This document shows positions 46,612-56,769 of a stretch of DNA of 64,000 nucleotides, piece by piece. This stretch comes from Rebecca billardiae RCC1528. Lineage: Eukaryota > Protista > Haptophyta. Every line of letters begins with the position of its first letter. The first letter of the stretch is position 1. Location of the stretch: contig OZ251240.1 of assembly GCA_965240325.2 (NCBI GenBank), positions 310,001 to 374,000 on the forward strand. The letters run 5' to 3'. The position numbers and the translations under genes are program-made. The notes under the pieces were generated by a model, which saw only the letters and a list, made by a program, of their open reading frames with translations, was not told the DNA's origin and did not search any database.

Positions 46612-46651
46612 CGTGTCACCGGCACAGCGTCGTGCGGTCGTTGCCTTGTCT

Positions 46652-47705
46652 GAGGCCGCTCGAGCGACTTCGTGTCTGGCGAGGCAGATCGCGCCAGTGC
46701 GTGGCGAGGCAGACGCTCGCCTGCCTCGCCGCTTGGCGAGGCAGCTAAGCTAGTAAAGCCGCGGCCGAACTTTACGAAAGCCAAATGTCTGCCGGTGCGC
46801 CGCCCGTCTTTTGCGCACGGTGACAAGGGCGCGCGAGGGCGCTTCCTCACGATCCCGAAGAGCGCTGCGCGCGGCGTCGCGTTGGCGGCGGCAGCGGCGC
46901 TGGGGTGTATCTTGCCCATTCTGCGTGGCGGCGCGCTCTCATGACGCCTCGGCCGCCGCCACGCCATGCGCGACCGGGCGTGTCGCCTTCTTGACGGGCA
47001 GTGCACACGCCCTTGCAAGCGCACAGCCGTGAAGAGCCGAGAGCGTCCGTCGCGAGCACGCCGCCCACGCGGGATGCGTTATGCTGTCACCGAAGCCACC
47101 TTGCGCATGCGCTTCGCCGAGTTCGCCATGCGTTCAGAGCAGTCAAGATCGCTGAACGAGAGGATGTCATCGGCTGAAATGCAGGTTAGCAGTGCTCATC
47201 GTAGCTGCTACCCATGGTCATCCTGGCTCGCACATGCCAGAGCGCGAGCACCCAGTGTCATACGAATAGCCCTGGCAACGCATCCCGCGTGGGCGGCGTG
47301 CTCGCGACGGACGCTCTCGGCTCTTCACGGCTGTGCGCTTGCAAGGGCGTGTGCACTGCCCGTCAAGAAGGCGACACGCCCGGTCGCGCATGGCGTGGCG
47401 GCGGCCGAGGCGTCATGAGAGCGCGCCGCCACGCAGAATGGGCAAGATACACCCCAGCGCCGCTGCCGCCGCCAACGCGACGCCGCGCGCAGCGCTCTTC
47501 GGGATCGTGAGGAAGCGCCCTCGCGCGCCCTTGTCACCGTGCGCAAAAGACGGGCGGCGCACCGGCAGACATTTGGCTTTCGTAAAGTTCGGCCGCGGCG
47601 TTACTAGCTTAGCTGCCTCGCCAAGCGGCGAGGCGGGCGAGCGTCTGCCTCGCCACGCACTGGCGCGATCTGCCTCGCCAGACACGAAGTCGCTCGAGTG
47701 GCCTC
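46652..47705. mobile_element. Foldback-type element: 429-bp inverted arms, 196-bp spacer, 5-bp TSD
   Basis: Arms 46652-47080 and 47277-47705 are near-identical reverse complements. Termini GAGGCC..GGCCTC. TGTCT at 46647-46651 and 47706-47710. Confidence 0.88.
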
Positions 47706-47722
47706 TGTCTCCCACTGCCACT

Positions 47723-49383
47723 GGCTTGGGGAGCAAACCCTCAGGATCGGGCGATGGCGACCAATCTGGCACGCACCACGCGCGCTGCGCAGGCTGATGC
47801 GCGGCCCTCGCGGCGCGCATGCTCGCGCGCGCTGGGCGGATGGCACCGGGAGACATGGAGGATCATCCCCGTCCCTTCTCGCCCCGCACTCTCGCCTCTC
47901 TCCGCCGCGCAGGACCTGTTGCATTACGCCCGGCCCGGCCCGGTCTGCGGCCGCGCGCTCTCGAGGCTGCGCGCGTGGCCCATCCAGGGCGAGTTTCGAG
48001 GCGCTCTCGAGCTTGGCACGTCGGGGCATATACATGGGCAACTGCCGCAAGCGCTCGCGCCCGTGCGCGTGGCGAGTCGCCGGCGCTGGGCGATCTACTG
48101 AGGGTCGTGCAGTGTCGCAACTCAGCCGTCGACAGCTGCCATCCGCGTAGGGGTGCGTGCGCGCCCACTTACGGTCACGTCGGCGCGTCGAGGTGGGCAG
48201 ATTACGGCCTATAGATGCTGCTACGATCATAGTAGGCGGCGTCGATCGCGAGCGTGCGTGCGGTAGCCTGAGCTGAGGCGCCGGTCGGTGCGCCGCGGCC
48301 GCCCGGGCGGCGCCGGGCACGACGACCGGAGTCAGAGGCGGCCGCAGACCGGGCGAGCGTGGTCGTGCGTTCGCTCAGGAGCTGATGGCGGCAGTCGTCG
48401 ACGGCGACGGGGCGGGCGCTTGTGCGCGAGGCTCGTCGTGGCCTGCAGCTTCGGCGAGCGTGCACTTCGTGCCGACGTGCGTGAGGATCGACTGGCTGCA
48501 AGCCTTGCTACAGGTTCGGGCGACATGCGTGCCCAACCGACGCGCCGCCGCCGCCGGCCAAAGCGAGGCGGCGGCTGCGCGCGCCTGCGCGCGCTGCTCG
48601 AGCTCATGCGACTTGGCCGGGAAGCTCGCGCCCATGCCTTACAAGGCTGCGGCGATCGCGGCGAGCTCCGGGCGCGCTCGGCGCGCAGCGCAGGCGCAGC
48701 TTGGCCGACCATCTTGCCGTGCGCGAGCAGTTGCTGCACGACGGTGAGCACGGCGTCGGCGGTCATCCATGGCACCTGCGACAGATGCTGGCGACCGGAC
48801 ATATGCCTGGCCGCACGCTGAGCCTCGGCAAGCTGCCTGCGGTGCGTCTGGGTTTTGAGCAGCAGGTAGTGAGTCGGCGCCGTCAGTTCAGCAGCGCCGA
48901 GGCGCACGCCTTGCAGGAACCGGCCGTCCACAAAGCACACGCGGCTGGTGAAGTTGTGCGGGAGCCACTGCGGCGCGAAGATGGCAAAGAGTAGGCGGTC
49001 AGGCGCCTGCGCATGCCACGCGCTCGGCAGTGCGGCCTCGTTGTCCGCCGTGAGCGCGAGCGCGTACACGTCGAGGCCGCCGGCCGAGCCGATGACGACG
49101 AGCGTCCCACTGTCCAGGGTCGCCGTCTTCGAGGAGGAGGTCGATCTGGGGCAGAGATGGCAGCGCGGCGCTCGCCTGGCCCTCGTCAGGCTGCGCGCTC
49201 ATCCGCGCGGCAGCTTCACGCAGCGCGCCTCCGCCGTCAGCGCTCAGGGCAGCGGCGGCCACAACCCCGCGAGGGCGGAAGTCCAACGGACTCCCAGAGT
49301 CGGCAAGACGTGTGCGCAGCGACCCCCACTGGGGGTCGCTGCGCACATCGCTCGCCCGATCCTGAGGGTTTGCTCCCCAAGCC
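47723..49383. mobile_element. Non-autonomous TIR element, PIF/Harbinger-like
   Basis: Perfect 32-bp TIRs GGCTTGGGGAGCAAACCCTCAGGATCGGGCGA (47723-47754 and 49352-49383). 3-bp TSD ACT at 47720-47722 and 49384-49386. The superfamily is inferred from GG..CC ends and the 3-bp TSD. Confidence 0.8.
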
Positions 49384-49479
49384 ACTGGCCTCTCGGACGC
49401 TTGCCCGTTGCATACCACGTCGTTCTGTATCTCGCCTGCCTGAGCTGTGTGCGTCTCTTATTCTTAGTAAACTGTAATA

Positions 49480-50708
49480 ATAAACTCTGCCCTGGCGGGC
49501 GGGGGGGTCGGCGGGCCGTGCCAGTGCTGTCGCAATGTATCCTCTGCGGGTTCGCGTCTTTCCGCACCCCGACGTGTACAAGTCTCAGTAGTCTGTACGC
49601 TTATGCGCATCAGCGTTGACGTCGTACACGGCCACCACGCTGAGCACGAGCGCGTTGACGTTCACGCGGTCGTCGCTCTTCGCATCTTCGACAGGTCTGG
49701 CGCTCGCGTGCTCGGCGGCACGAGGAGCTGTTGGTTGTGCGCGCGCGCGCGCACAGCGACAGCGTGTGCCACTCGCGATCGAGAGTGGGCAAGCGCTGCT
49801 CACGCGAGCACACGAATCGCAGCGCATCCGTCACCGGCGTGACGACTTCCGCCTCGTCCCGCAGCGCCTGCGCCATGGACGAGGCCATGGCGCGGCGATG
49901 TTGCATGCTCGACGTTTCATCTCTCTGCGAATGGCATCACGGGCTTGTCTGTGTCGCGCTGCGGCGAGGGTCGCCAACTCGCGATGACGCGGTTGCTGCC
50001 ACGGCGACAGACCCGGGAGGTGCGTCCGCTGCGCGTCGTACGCCGTTGGCGCTGCGCTTCCGTCGCATTGGTCACCGTCGACGCCATGCAGGCCGGACGT
50101 GGGCTTCGGCTGAGGGACCGGACCGCGAGCAATGACTGAGTCCGTTGCGCGGATTCCGGCGATCGAGTTCAGAAGGCCGCGCCGATTCTTGCGTCGCGTG
50201 CGATGGCGCTTCCCGCCCGCGAGACGCCTCGTGATGAGGGCTTTCTCGCACCGAGCCCGACGCGCGACGGTGGATCGCGCGAGGCGGTCATCGTGCGCAG
50301 CGCATGATGCTATGGCCGGTGCGAGCTTTCGACGTGCACGTCGGGCGAGGATCGCCCCAGGTCGCACGATCGTGTCGACGCGCCGAGCGTACCGCTCCAA
50401 ACGGGTCGATTTAGCCCCCGTTCGACCTGCACGCGAGACGACGAGGGCAGCAATCGCGAATCGGGCGAAAACACCCCTCGGGAGTCCTCTCACGATGTCC
50501 GCGCCGGCGTTGGATTCGGCGCGCGCCGCCCACGCGCTCCGCGCCAGGCGCCTGTTGTTTTCGGCCGAGCGTCCCCAGTTGGAGCTGCGAGGGCGCCCGG
50601 TAGTGAGCGAAGCGATTTTCTTTTCTTTGCGAGGCGATTTTCTTTTTTATCTTTCTTTTTCTTATCTTTTTCCCGGGCACTACAAGGGGCGGGCCTACGG
50701 CCCGCCAT
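49480..50708 (+). mobile_element. Hairpin-ended non-autonomous element, copy 2
   Basis: Inverted homologue of 32767-35410 lacking the Tc1-like insertion and with internal deletions. Perfect hairpin at 50688-50706. GGCGGGCCGT at 49510-49519 is complementary to 50697-50706. Confidence 0.7.
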
Positions 50709-51229
50709 CAGTACTGAGTCCGCACGGTGCCATGCTTATAATTAGCAGAACACGACGACTTACTAATATTCAATAATATAACGACAGCAACGCGTGGACG
50801 TGGTGCCGTGCTCCCATTCCCGCCAAGGGCCGTGGTACTCCGGGAGTACTCCGTAGGTTAGGCGTAGGCGTAGCTAGGCCTAGGCTGCCAAGCTTCCGCT
50901 TCGTCGCTGGCATCGTCGCATGCAGCATCACTCATCAATCAGTCGGCCGGCCGGGCGGTCTGCGCGCAGGCTGCTGCTGTAGCATTGTTATGCGCCGCAG
51001 GCGCATGGTCGCGCGATGACAACCCGCCAGCACGGCGGCGACGTGCGAGGCTCGGGCGGAGGGCAGCAAGGCCGGCTCGACTCGCTCAATATCAATCACG
51101 CTCGGCGTGCTGATTATTGATGACGACGCGCGACGCACGCTCACATCGCGGCGGTGATCGAGGCCAAGGGCCCAAGGGCAGCCCTGGCCGAGCGGCGCGC
51201 GCCGAGCGCGCGCGCCGCCTCGCTGGGCC

Positions 51230-51753
51230 TCAGTCGAGCCTCCTGCGCGAGGCTGACTCCGGGTCACCCACGCTCTCCTTGCGCGAGGTCACGCCCGGCT
51301 TGGAGTGCCGGTCGGCAAAGTGCTTGCCGAAGCACTTGTAGTAGCCGAGGTACTCAGCGATCGGGCGCGGGCTCGTGCGCGTGAGCTTGACGAGCACCCT
51401 GTCCGCCTCGTCTTGCCGCCAGCGCGTGAGCTCGGCCGCCACCTCCTTGAAGTCCCAGCGCGTGGCCGGGCTCGGGTCCCAGCACGCCTCCGCCAGCCGC
51501 TTCGCCTCGTCGGGCCACTTGGGCGGCAGCGGTGGGCGCAGGCCGCGCATCGCCACCGCGTCCGCGATCGCCTCTGAGCCCATGTACAGGCCGTCGTACG
51601 CGCGCGAGCGCGTGAGCAGCTCGTAGAAGATGATGCCTGGCGCGCGCGCGCAGCCGCGCGCCGGCCGGCACGCGGCGCGGGGGAGCAGCGGCGGGAGGCG
51701 CCGGTGAGGGAGCGGCGCGAGGCGGCAGCCGGCGGCACGTGCGCGCCCGCCGG

Positions 51754-51794
<41 letters not shown>

Positions 51795-53150
51795 GCGTGC
51801 GCACCATATGAGTGCACGTCTGTCTTGCGCGAGTAGCTCTCTCCCCGGTAGTTCTCCGGCGCCTGCGCGCCGCCGCGCGGGCAATCGCGTGGGCGTGGGT
51901 ACGCAAGCCGCAGCCGCCGTGGCCGCGCGCGGCCCATCCCATCCCATCCCATCCCACCCCGATGATCCCATCCCATCCCGTCCCGATGATCCCATCCCAT
52001 CCCGTCCCGTCCTATGCCATCCCGCGCGCGCGCACCATGTAGCGCATCGAGCCCACCATCCCCGTGTGCCGGAAGTTGCCGGCCTGCGCCACCTCGCCCT
52101 GCCCGCTCGGGTGCGGCCCCTCGAAGGTCACCTGCGCGCGTGGGCACGGCCGGCACCCACCGACCGCGCGCGCGGCAGATCGCGGGCGCGCGCCGTGGGC
52201 GCGATGCGCGCGCGCTCGGCACGCGGCCGCGCTCGGCTCGGCCGGCCGCCGCGCGCGCGCGCGCGCGCGCGCGGAGAGCCCGCGGCGGCGACGGCGCGCA
52301 CCAGCCCAAAGTCGGCGATCTTGGCGGTGACGCGCGGCCCGCACAGCAGGATGTTCTCCGGCTTCAGGTCGCGGTGGATGATCGGCGGCTGGCAGTTGTG
52401 CAGGAAGGCCATGCCCAGCGCCACGTGGTGCGCCCAGCGCAGCCCGTCCGCTATCGAGTACGAGCGGACGAGCGGGTTCTTCTCGTTGATGAGCGGCTTG
52501 AGCGTGCCGTGCGGCGCGAGCTCCTGCACGATCGCGATCTCGTCCAGCCCGCCGTCGCCGCTGCGCACCGTGCAGCCGATGTACCCGATCACGTTTGGGT
52601 GCGCGAGGCTCTTGAGCATCAGCAGCTCAGACGCAAACGCCTGCAGCCCGCGCGCGTCGAGCGCGGAGGCGGCGCCGTCGGGCCTGGGCGGGGTCGAGCC
52701 GCGCTTCGGGGGCGTGGCGTTCGCCGCGCCCTCCTCGATCAGCATCTTGCGCTGCTTCAGCGCCACGTACCCGTGCCCGTCCGCCACGAGCCGCTCGGTG
52801 CGGCTGCCCCTCGCGAGCGCGTGCTCGTACTTGCACATCCACACGACGCCAAAGCCGCCCTCGCCGAGGACCTCGACGGGCGTGAGCTCGAAGAGGGGGA
52901 TGCACACCGAGTCGTCTAGGATGAGCGAGCGCAGCTTGGCCAGGTTCGGCTCCGAGCCCGGGCGCAGCTCGGAGGTGAGCGTCGAGACGTCCAGCCCGGT
53001 CGAGATCCGGTTGAACGTGGGCACGCGCCCGCCGCTGAAGCGCCGCTTGGCGGGGGCGTCGTCCGCGTCTTTGGCCGGGGGCATGCCTGTCGCATCCTGG
53101 CTGAAGCTCACGGTGCGCTTCTTGTCCTCCCGCTTGCTCGCACCCCGCAT
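51230..53150 (-). CDS. Tyrosine-kinase-like (TKL) protein kinase; exons 53150-52302, 52131-52036, 51862-51805, 51636-51230
   Basis: LGEGGFGVV, VALK, HRDLKPENILL, ADFGL, GSMRYM|APE, KTDVHSYG|IIFYEL and LRPPLP..CW motifs, joined by three GTGCGC..AG introns. Confidence 0.92.
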
Positions 53151-53608
53151 GGCTGCGCGCGGACCAGCGGAAGGCTCGCCCACGGCTCAGCACCTGCCGC
53201 GCGAGGGGAGCGCGGTGGGCGGGGTGAGCGGGGGGCTCGGGGACGCGGGTCGCACGAGAGGCGCACAGACAGCCCCCGCAGCACGGCTGTGGCCCACGGC
53301 GCGGACACGCCAGGCCCGGCACCTGGCGCGGCACGCGACGGCGTGGGTCGCGCGCACCCGCGTCGATCGGCAGGTACCAAAAAGCACATGGACCGGTGCC
53401 GCGCGCGGGCGAATCAGCGCTGGGGCGAGGTGACCGCAAAGCTCATCTCCTTATTCATCGTGTGCGGGCAGTTACCCAGCTTTATTGCATCGAAAGATCG
53501 AAAGATCGAATCATCGAAAGACGTCGACGAAACGTCATCATCGAACCTCACCATCAACCGTTCACAGCCGACGACGCGGCGCGCGATTGCGGAAGAAGAC
53601 GCACGCGG

Positions 53609-55228
53609 ATGGCGGACGACGCCAGCTACGCCGCGGACGACACGGCGGCCGACGCAACGCGGGGCGGGCCGCCCGCGCCCCCGCGCTCGCTGGCGGACCT
53701 CCCGCCCGACCTGCTTGAGCGCGTCCTCACTGGCCTCGGCGCGCCCGACCTCGCGAGCGCCAACGCCACCTCGCGCCTCTTCCGCTCCGCGCCGCCCGGC
53801 GGCCATTCGGCGCTCGAGGCCGCGCTGCGCGAGCGCGCGCGCGCGCGCGGCCACGCGCCGCCGGCGGCGCTGCCGGCGCACGCGCGGACATGGACGGAGG
53901 AGCTGCTCGCGCGCGAGGCCGTGCTCCTCCTCGCGCGTGCGCACGCCGACGTGGTCGCCGCCGGGACGGCCGCGCAGCGGCCGTTCAGCGCGTTTGTGGA
54001 CGCGGAGGGCGGGCTGCACACGTGCGGCGAGGAGGCGCGGACGGTGGCGCCGATGGAGGTCGCGGCGGCGCAGCCGCGCCCGGTGATCGGTCACCCGCAC
54101 GGGCGCACGCTGCGCCTGCCCACGCGCGTCGCCTCCCTCGGCGCGGTGCGCGTGTGCGCGGTGGCCGCTGGCTGTGCCCACCTGCTCGCGCTGAGCGACG
54201 CCGGCGCCGTGTACGGCTGCGGCGGCAACGGCGGCGGCCAGCTGGGGCTGGGCGACTTGGAGGCGCGCGCCGAGCTTGTGCGCGTGGACGGGCTCGCGAC
54301 GGAGCTGATCGTGTGCATTGCCGCGGGGGCTGCGCACAGCCTCGCGCTTACGGCCGCGGGCTGCGCGTACAGCTGGGGCTACAACTACTTCGGCCAGCTC
54401 GGCCACGGCGACAAGAAGGACCGGCTGGAGCCGGCGTGCATCAAGGCGCTGGACGGCGTTGCGCGCGTGGGCGGGATGGCCGCGGGCGGTGAGCACACGC
54501 TGCTGCTCTCGATCGGTGGCGAGGTCTACTCGTGCGGCGAGGGCTGGAAGCGCGCGCTCGGCCACGGCGACCAGCGTGATCAGCACACGCCGAGGCGCAT
54601 CGAGGCGCTCGCGGGCGTGCGCGCCGTGCACGTGAGCGTGGGCGGTGCGCACAGCCTGGTGGTGGACGTTGCGGGCGGCGTGCACGCGTGCGGCTTCGGC
54701 GATGTTGGCGCGTCGGGCTACGACGACTGCTGCATGCACCGCACGCCCGCGCGCGTCGGCGCGCTCGCGGGCGTGCGCGCCGTGCGCGCGTGCGCTGGCA
54801 GCTTTGCATCGGCCGTGCTGGGCGCGGACGGCAGCGCGCACACCTTCGGGGCGAATACGCATGGCGTGCTGGGGCAGGGGCCGGCGGCGCGGGCGGACGG
54901 CCCGTGCGGGCCCGCGCGCGTGGCCCTGCCCGCCGGCGCGCGCGTGCTCGGCGTCTCGCTCGGCGGCGCGCACGCGCTCTTCGTGACCGCGCCGGACGGC
55001 GCGGCGCACGCGTGCGGCGAGCGCACGGCCGCGCTCGGCCTCGGCGTGGCGCTCGCGCCGCCGGGCCCGGCACGCGAGGCCCCTCGCACCGCCGTCAACG
55101 TGCCGGCGCGCGTGGACGGGTTGGCGCCGCTCGCGCTGAGCATCACGACTTACGCAGCGCCGGCGGAGGCACCACGTCTCGTGCGTGCCCTCCAGGGCGG
55201 TGCGACGCGATGGAACTCACCAAGTTGA
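53609..55228 (+). CDS. F-box-like + RCC1-repeat protein
   Basis: N-terminal SLADLPPDLLERVL..LASANATSRLFR, then repeats such as IAAGAAHSLALTAAGCAYSWGYNYFGQLGHG. Confidence 0.9.
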   Translation: MADDASYAADDTAADATRGGPPAPPRSLADLPPDLLERVLTGLGAPDLASANATSRLFRSAPPGGHSALEAALRERARARGHAPPAALPAHARTWTEELLAREAVLLLARAHADVVAAGTAAQRPFSAFVDAEGGLHTCGEEARTVAPMEVAAAQPRPVIGHPHGRTLRLPTRVASLGAVRVCAVAAGCAHLLALSDAGAVYGCGGNGGGQLGLGDLEARAELVRVDGLATELIVCIAAGAAHSLALTAAGCAYSWGYNYFGQLGHGDKKDRLEPACIKALDGVARVGGMAAGGEHTLLLSIGGEVYSCGEGWKRALGHGDQRDQHTPRRIEALAGVRAVHVSVGGAHSLVVDVAGGVHACGFGDVGASGYDDCCMHRTPARVGALAGVRAVRACAGSFASAVLGADGSAHTFGANTHGVLGQGPAARADGPCGPARVALPAGARVLGVSLGGAHALFVTAPDGAAHACGERTAALGLGVALAPPGPAREAPRTAVNVPARVDGLAPLALSITTYAAPAEAPRLVRALQGGATRWNSPS

Positions 55229-55807
55229 ACCGGCCGGCTGCTGGAGAGCCCTCGAACGCAACTTGCTCATGTCCACGAGCGCCCAGGCGAGCGCAGGGTG
55301 GTTATCGACGAAACGAAACGGTTCGCGGCATTCGCTGTGGCCATAGCAGTCTATCGCACAGGCTCATATCGAGGTCGGAGTACTTATTCGCTTATATTCG
55401 CTAGCGCTCGACACAGCATTTTGTTCCGGTACCGTATCACACTGGTCACGGACACGGTGTCGGTGGGCCTCACTAGTACTTAGTAGTGAAGTACTCAGAC
55501 ACTAGTCACTAGTCACTCGTAACACTGATGACGATAATTCGACGAGTGACACTGATCGAGCCCGACGCGGGCGGCCGGACTGTCTGTCAGTCCGAGACGA
55601 CGACATGAACGGGATGGCCCCGGCGGTCCGGGACCACATCTACAAGCGGGGTCTCGCTGCCTCGAAGATGGCGGGAGAAAGGCTATTAGAACCGTCGACG
55701 TCTGCTGGCACTCGAGATCACGACTCGTGCACCGCCTCGAATCTCACGCCGCGCCGACGGACCGCTGTTCCGAGCTGATCAGGCCCGGCCAGGCACTCCA
55801 GAGCGGA

Positions 55808-56007
55808 CTAGTACGGCACCTCAAACTGCCCACCAGGGCCCACGCCAGCGGGCACGAGCGCGCGCACGGTGCCGTTGGGCGTGGACACGGGGATCATCGT
55901 CCCCGACTGCCCGTCGGGCGGGACGATCGCATACACGACCCGCCGCGCACTCCTCGGTGGCGGTGCGCTCGACGAGTACGCCGTGGCCTTGACCGTCTCG
56001 GCGTCTT

Positions 56008-56038
<31 letters not shown>

Positions 56039-56521
56039 AGGCTGGCCCGATGACGCGGCGCCGTCAGCCTTGCCGGACGAAGCGGCCGGTTGCGCCGAGC
56101 CGGCGGCTGCTCCTGGCTGGCTGCCGGCCGCCGCTGCGGGCTTGGCGTCGTCGCCCTTGAAGCCCGCCTGGAACCCGCGCGCAAAGCTTGCGCCGGCGGC
56201 GAGCACGCCGCCCGCGACGGAGCGGGCCTTCTCCTCCCACTTCTCCTCTTTCGCTTTCTTCTGGATCGCGCTCGCTGCTCGCTTCGCCCCGTCCGAGAGC
56301 GTCGCCAGCACGCCCGTCTGGCGCGGCACGGCGATCCAGATGGTGCTGCCGGCCTTGACGTTGGGCGGCACGACCATCACGTGCGTGCGGCCGTCGGGCA
56401 GGCCGACGGTCATCGACTCGCCGGGGCGCACGTTGCGCGGGATCTGCACTTCAAAGATGTCGTCGGTGGGCGCGGATGAGGATGGCGGGGGCGCGTACGG
56501 CGGCGGCGGGCCCGACGCCAT
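55808..56521 (-). CDS. Hypothetical protein with two copies of a small VP-rich beta module
   Basis: [36 protein letters not shown] near the N-terminus and [39 protein letters not shown] at the C-terminus. Host-like codon usage. Confidence 0.75.
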
Positions 56522-56769
56522 TTTTGCCGGTGGACGCCGCCGAGGAGACCAGAGAATTTCGTGGAACTTGCGTCTTGTGCGCCTTGCGGCGGAGTCACTC
56601 GGCTTGTACCGCAACGGCGGTTGCGAGCGGGAGGTCTGACTGGTCCGGGTGCAGAGAAAAACGCGCCCGGACAGCACGCGCTCCCCGCTCACCGCTCACT
56701 GGTAGCCCGCCGCTCGCGCGCGCTCGAGTGGGCGGCGAGTGTGCCACTGGTCGTCATCCTCGGTGGCCA

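Noticed and set aside
50855-50890. Telomere-like TTAGGC/TAGGC repeats
   Set aside because: Only a few degenerate units; not a telomeric tract.
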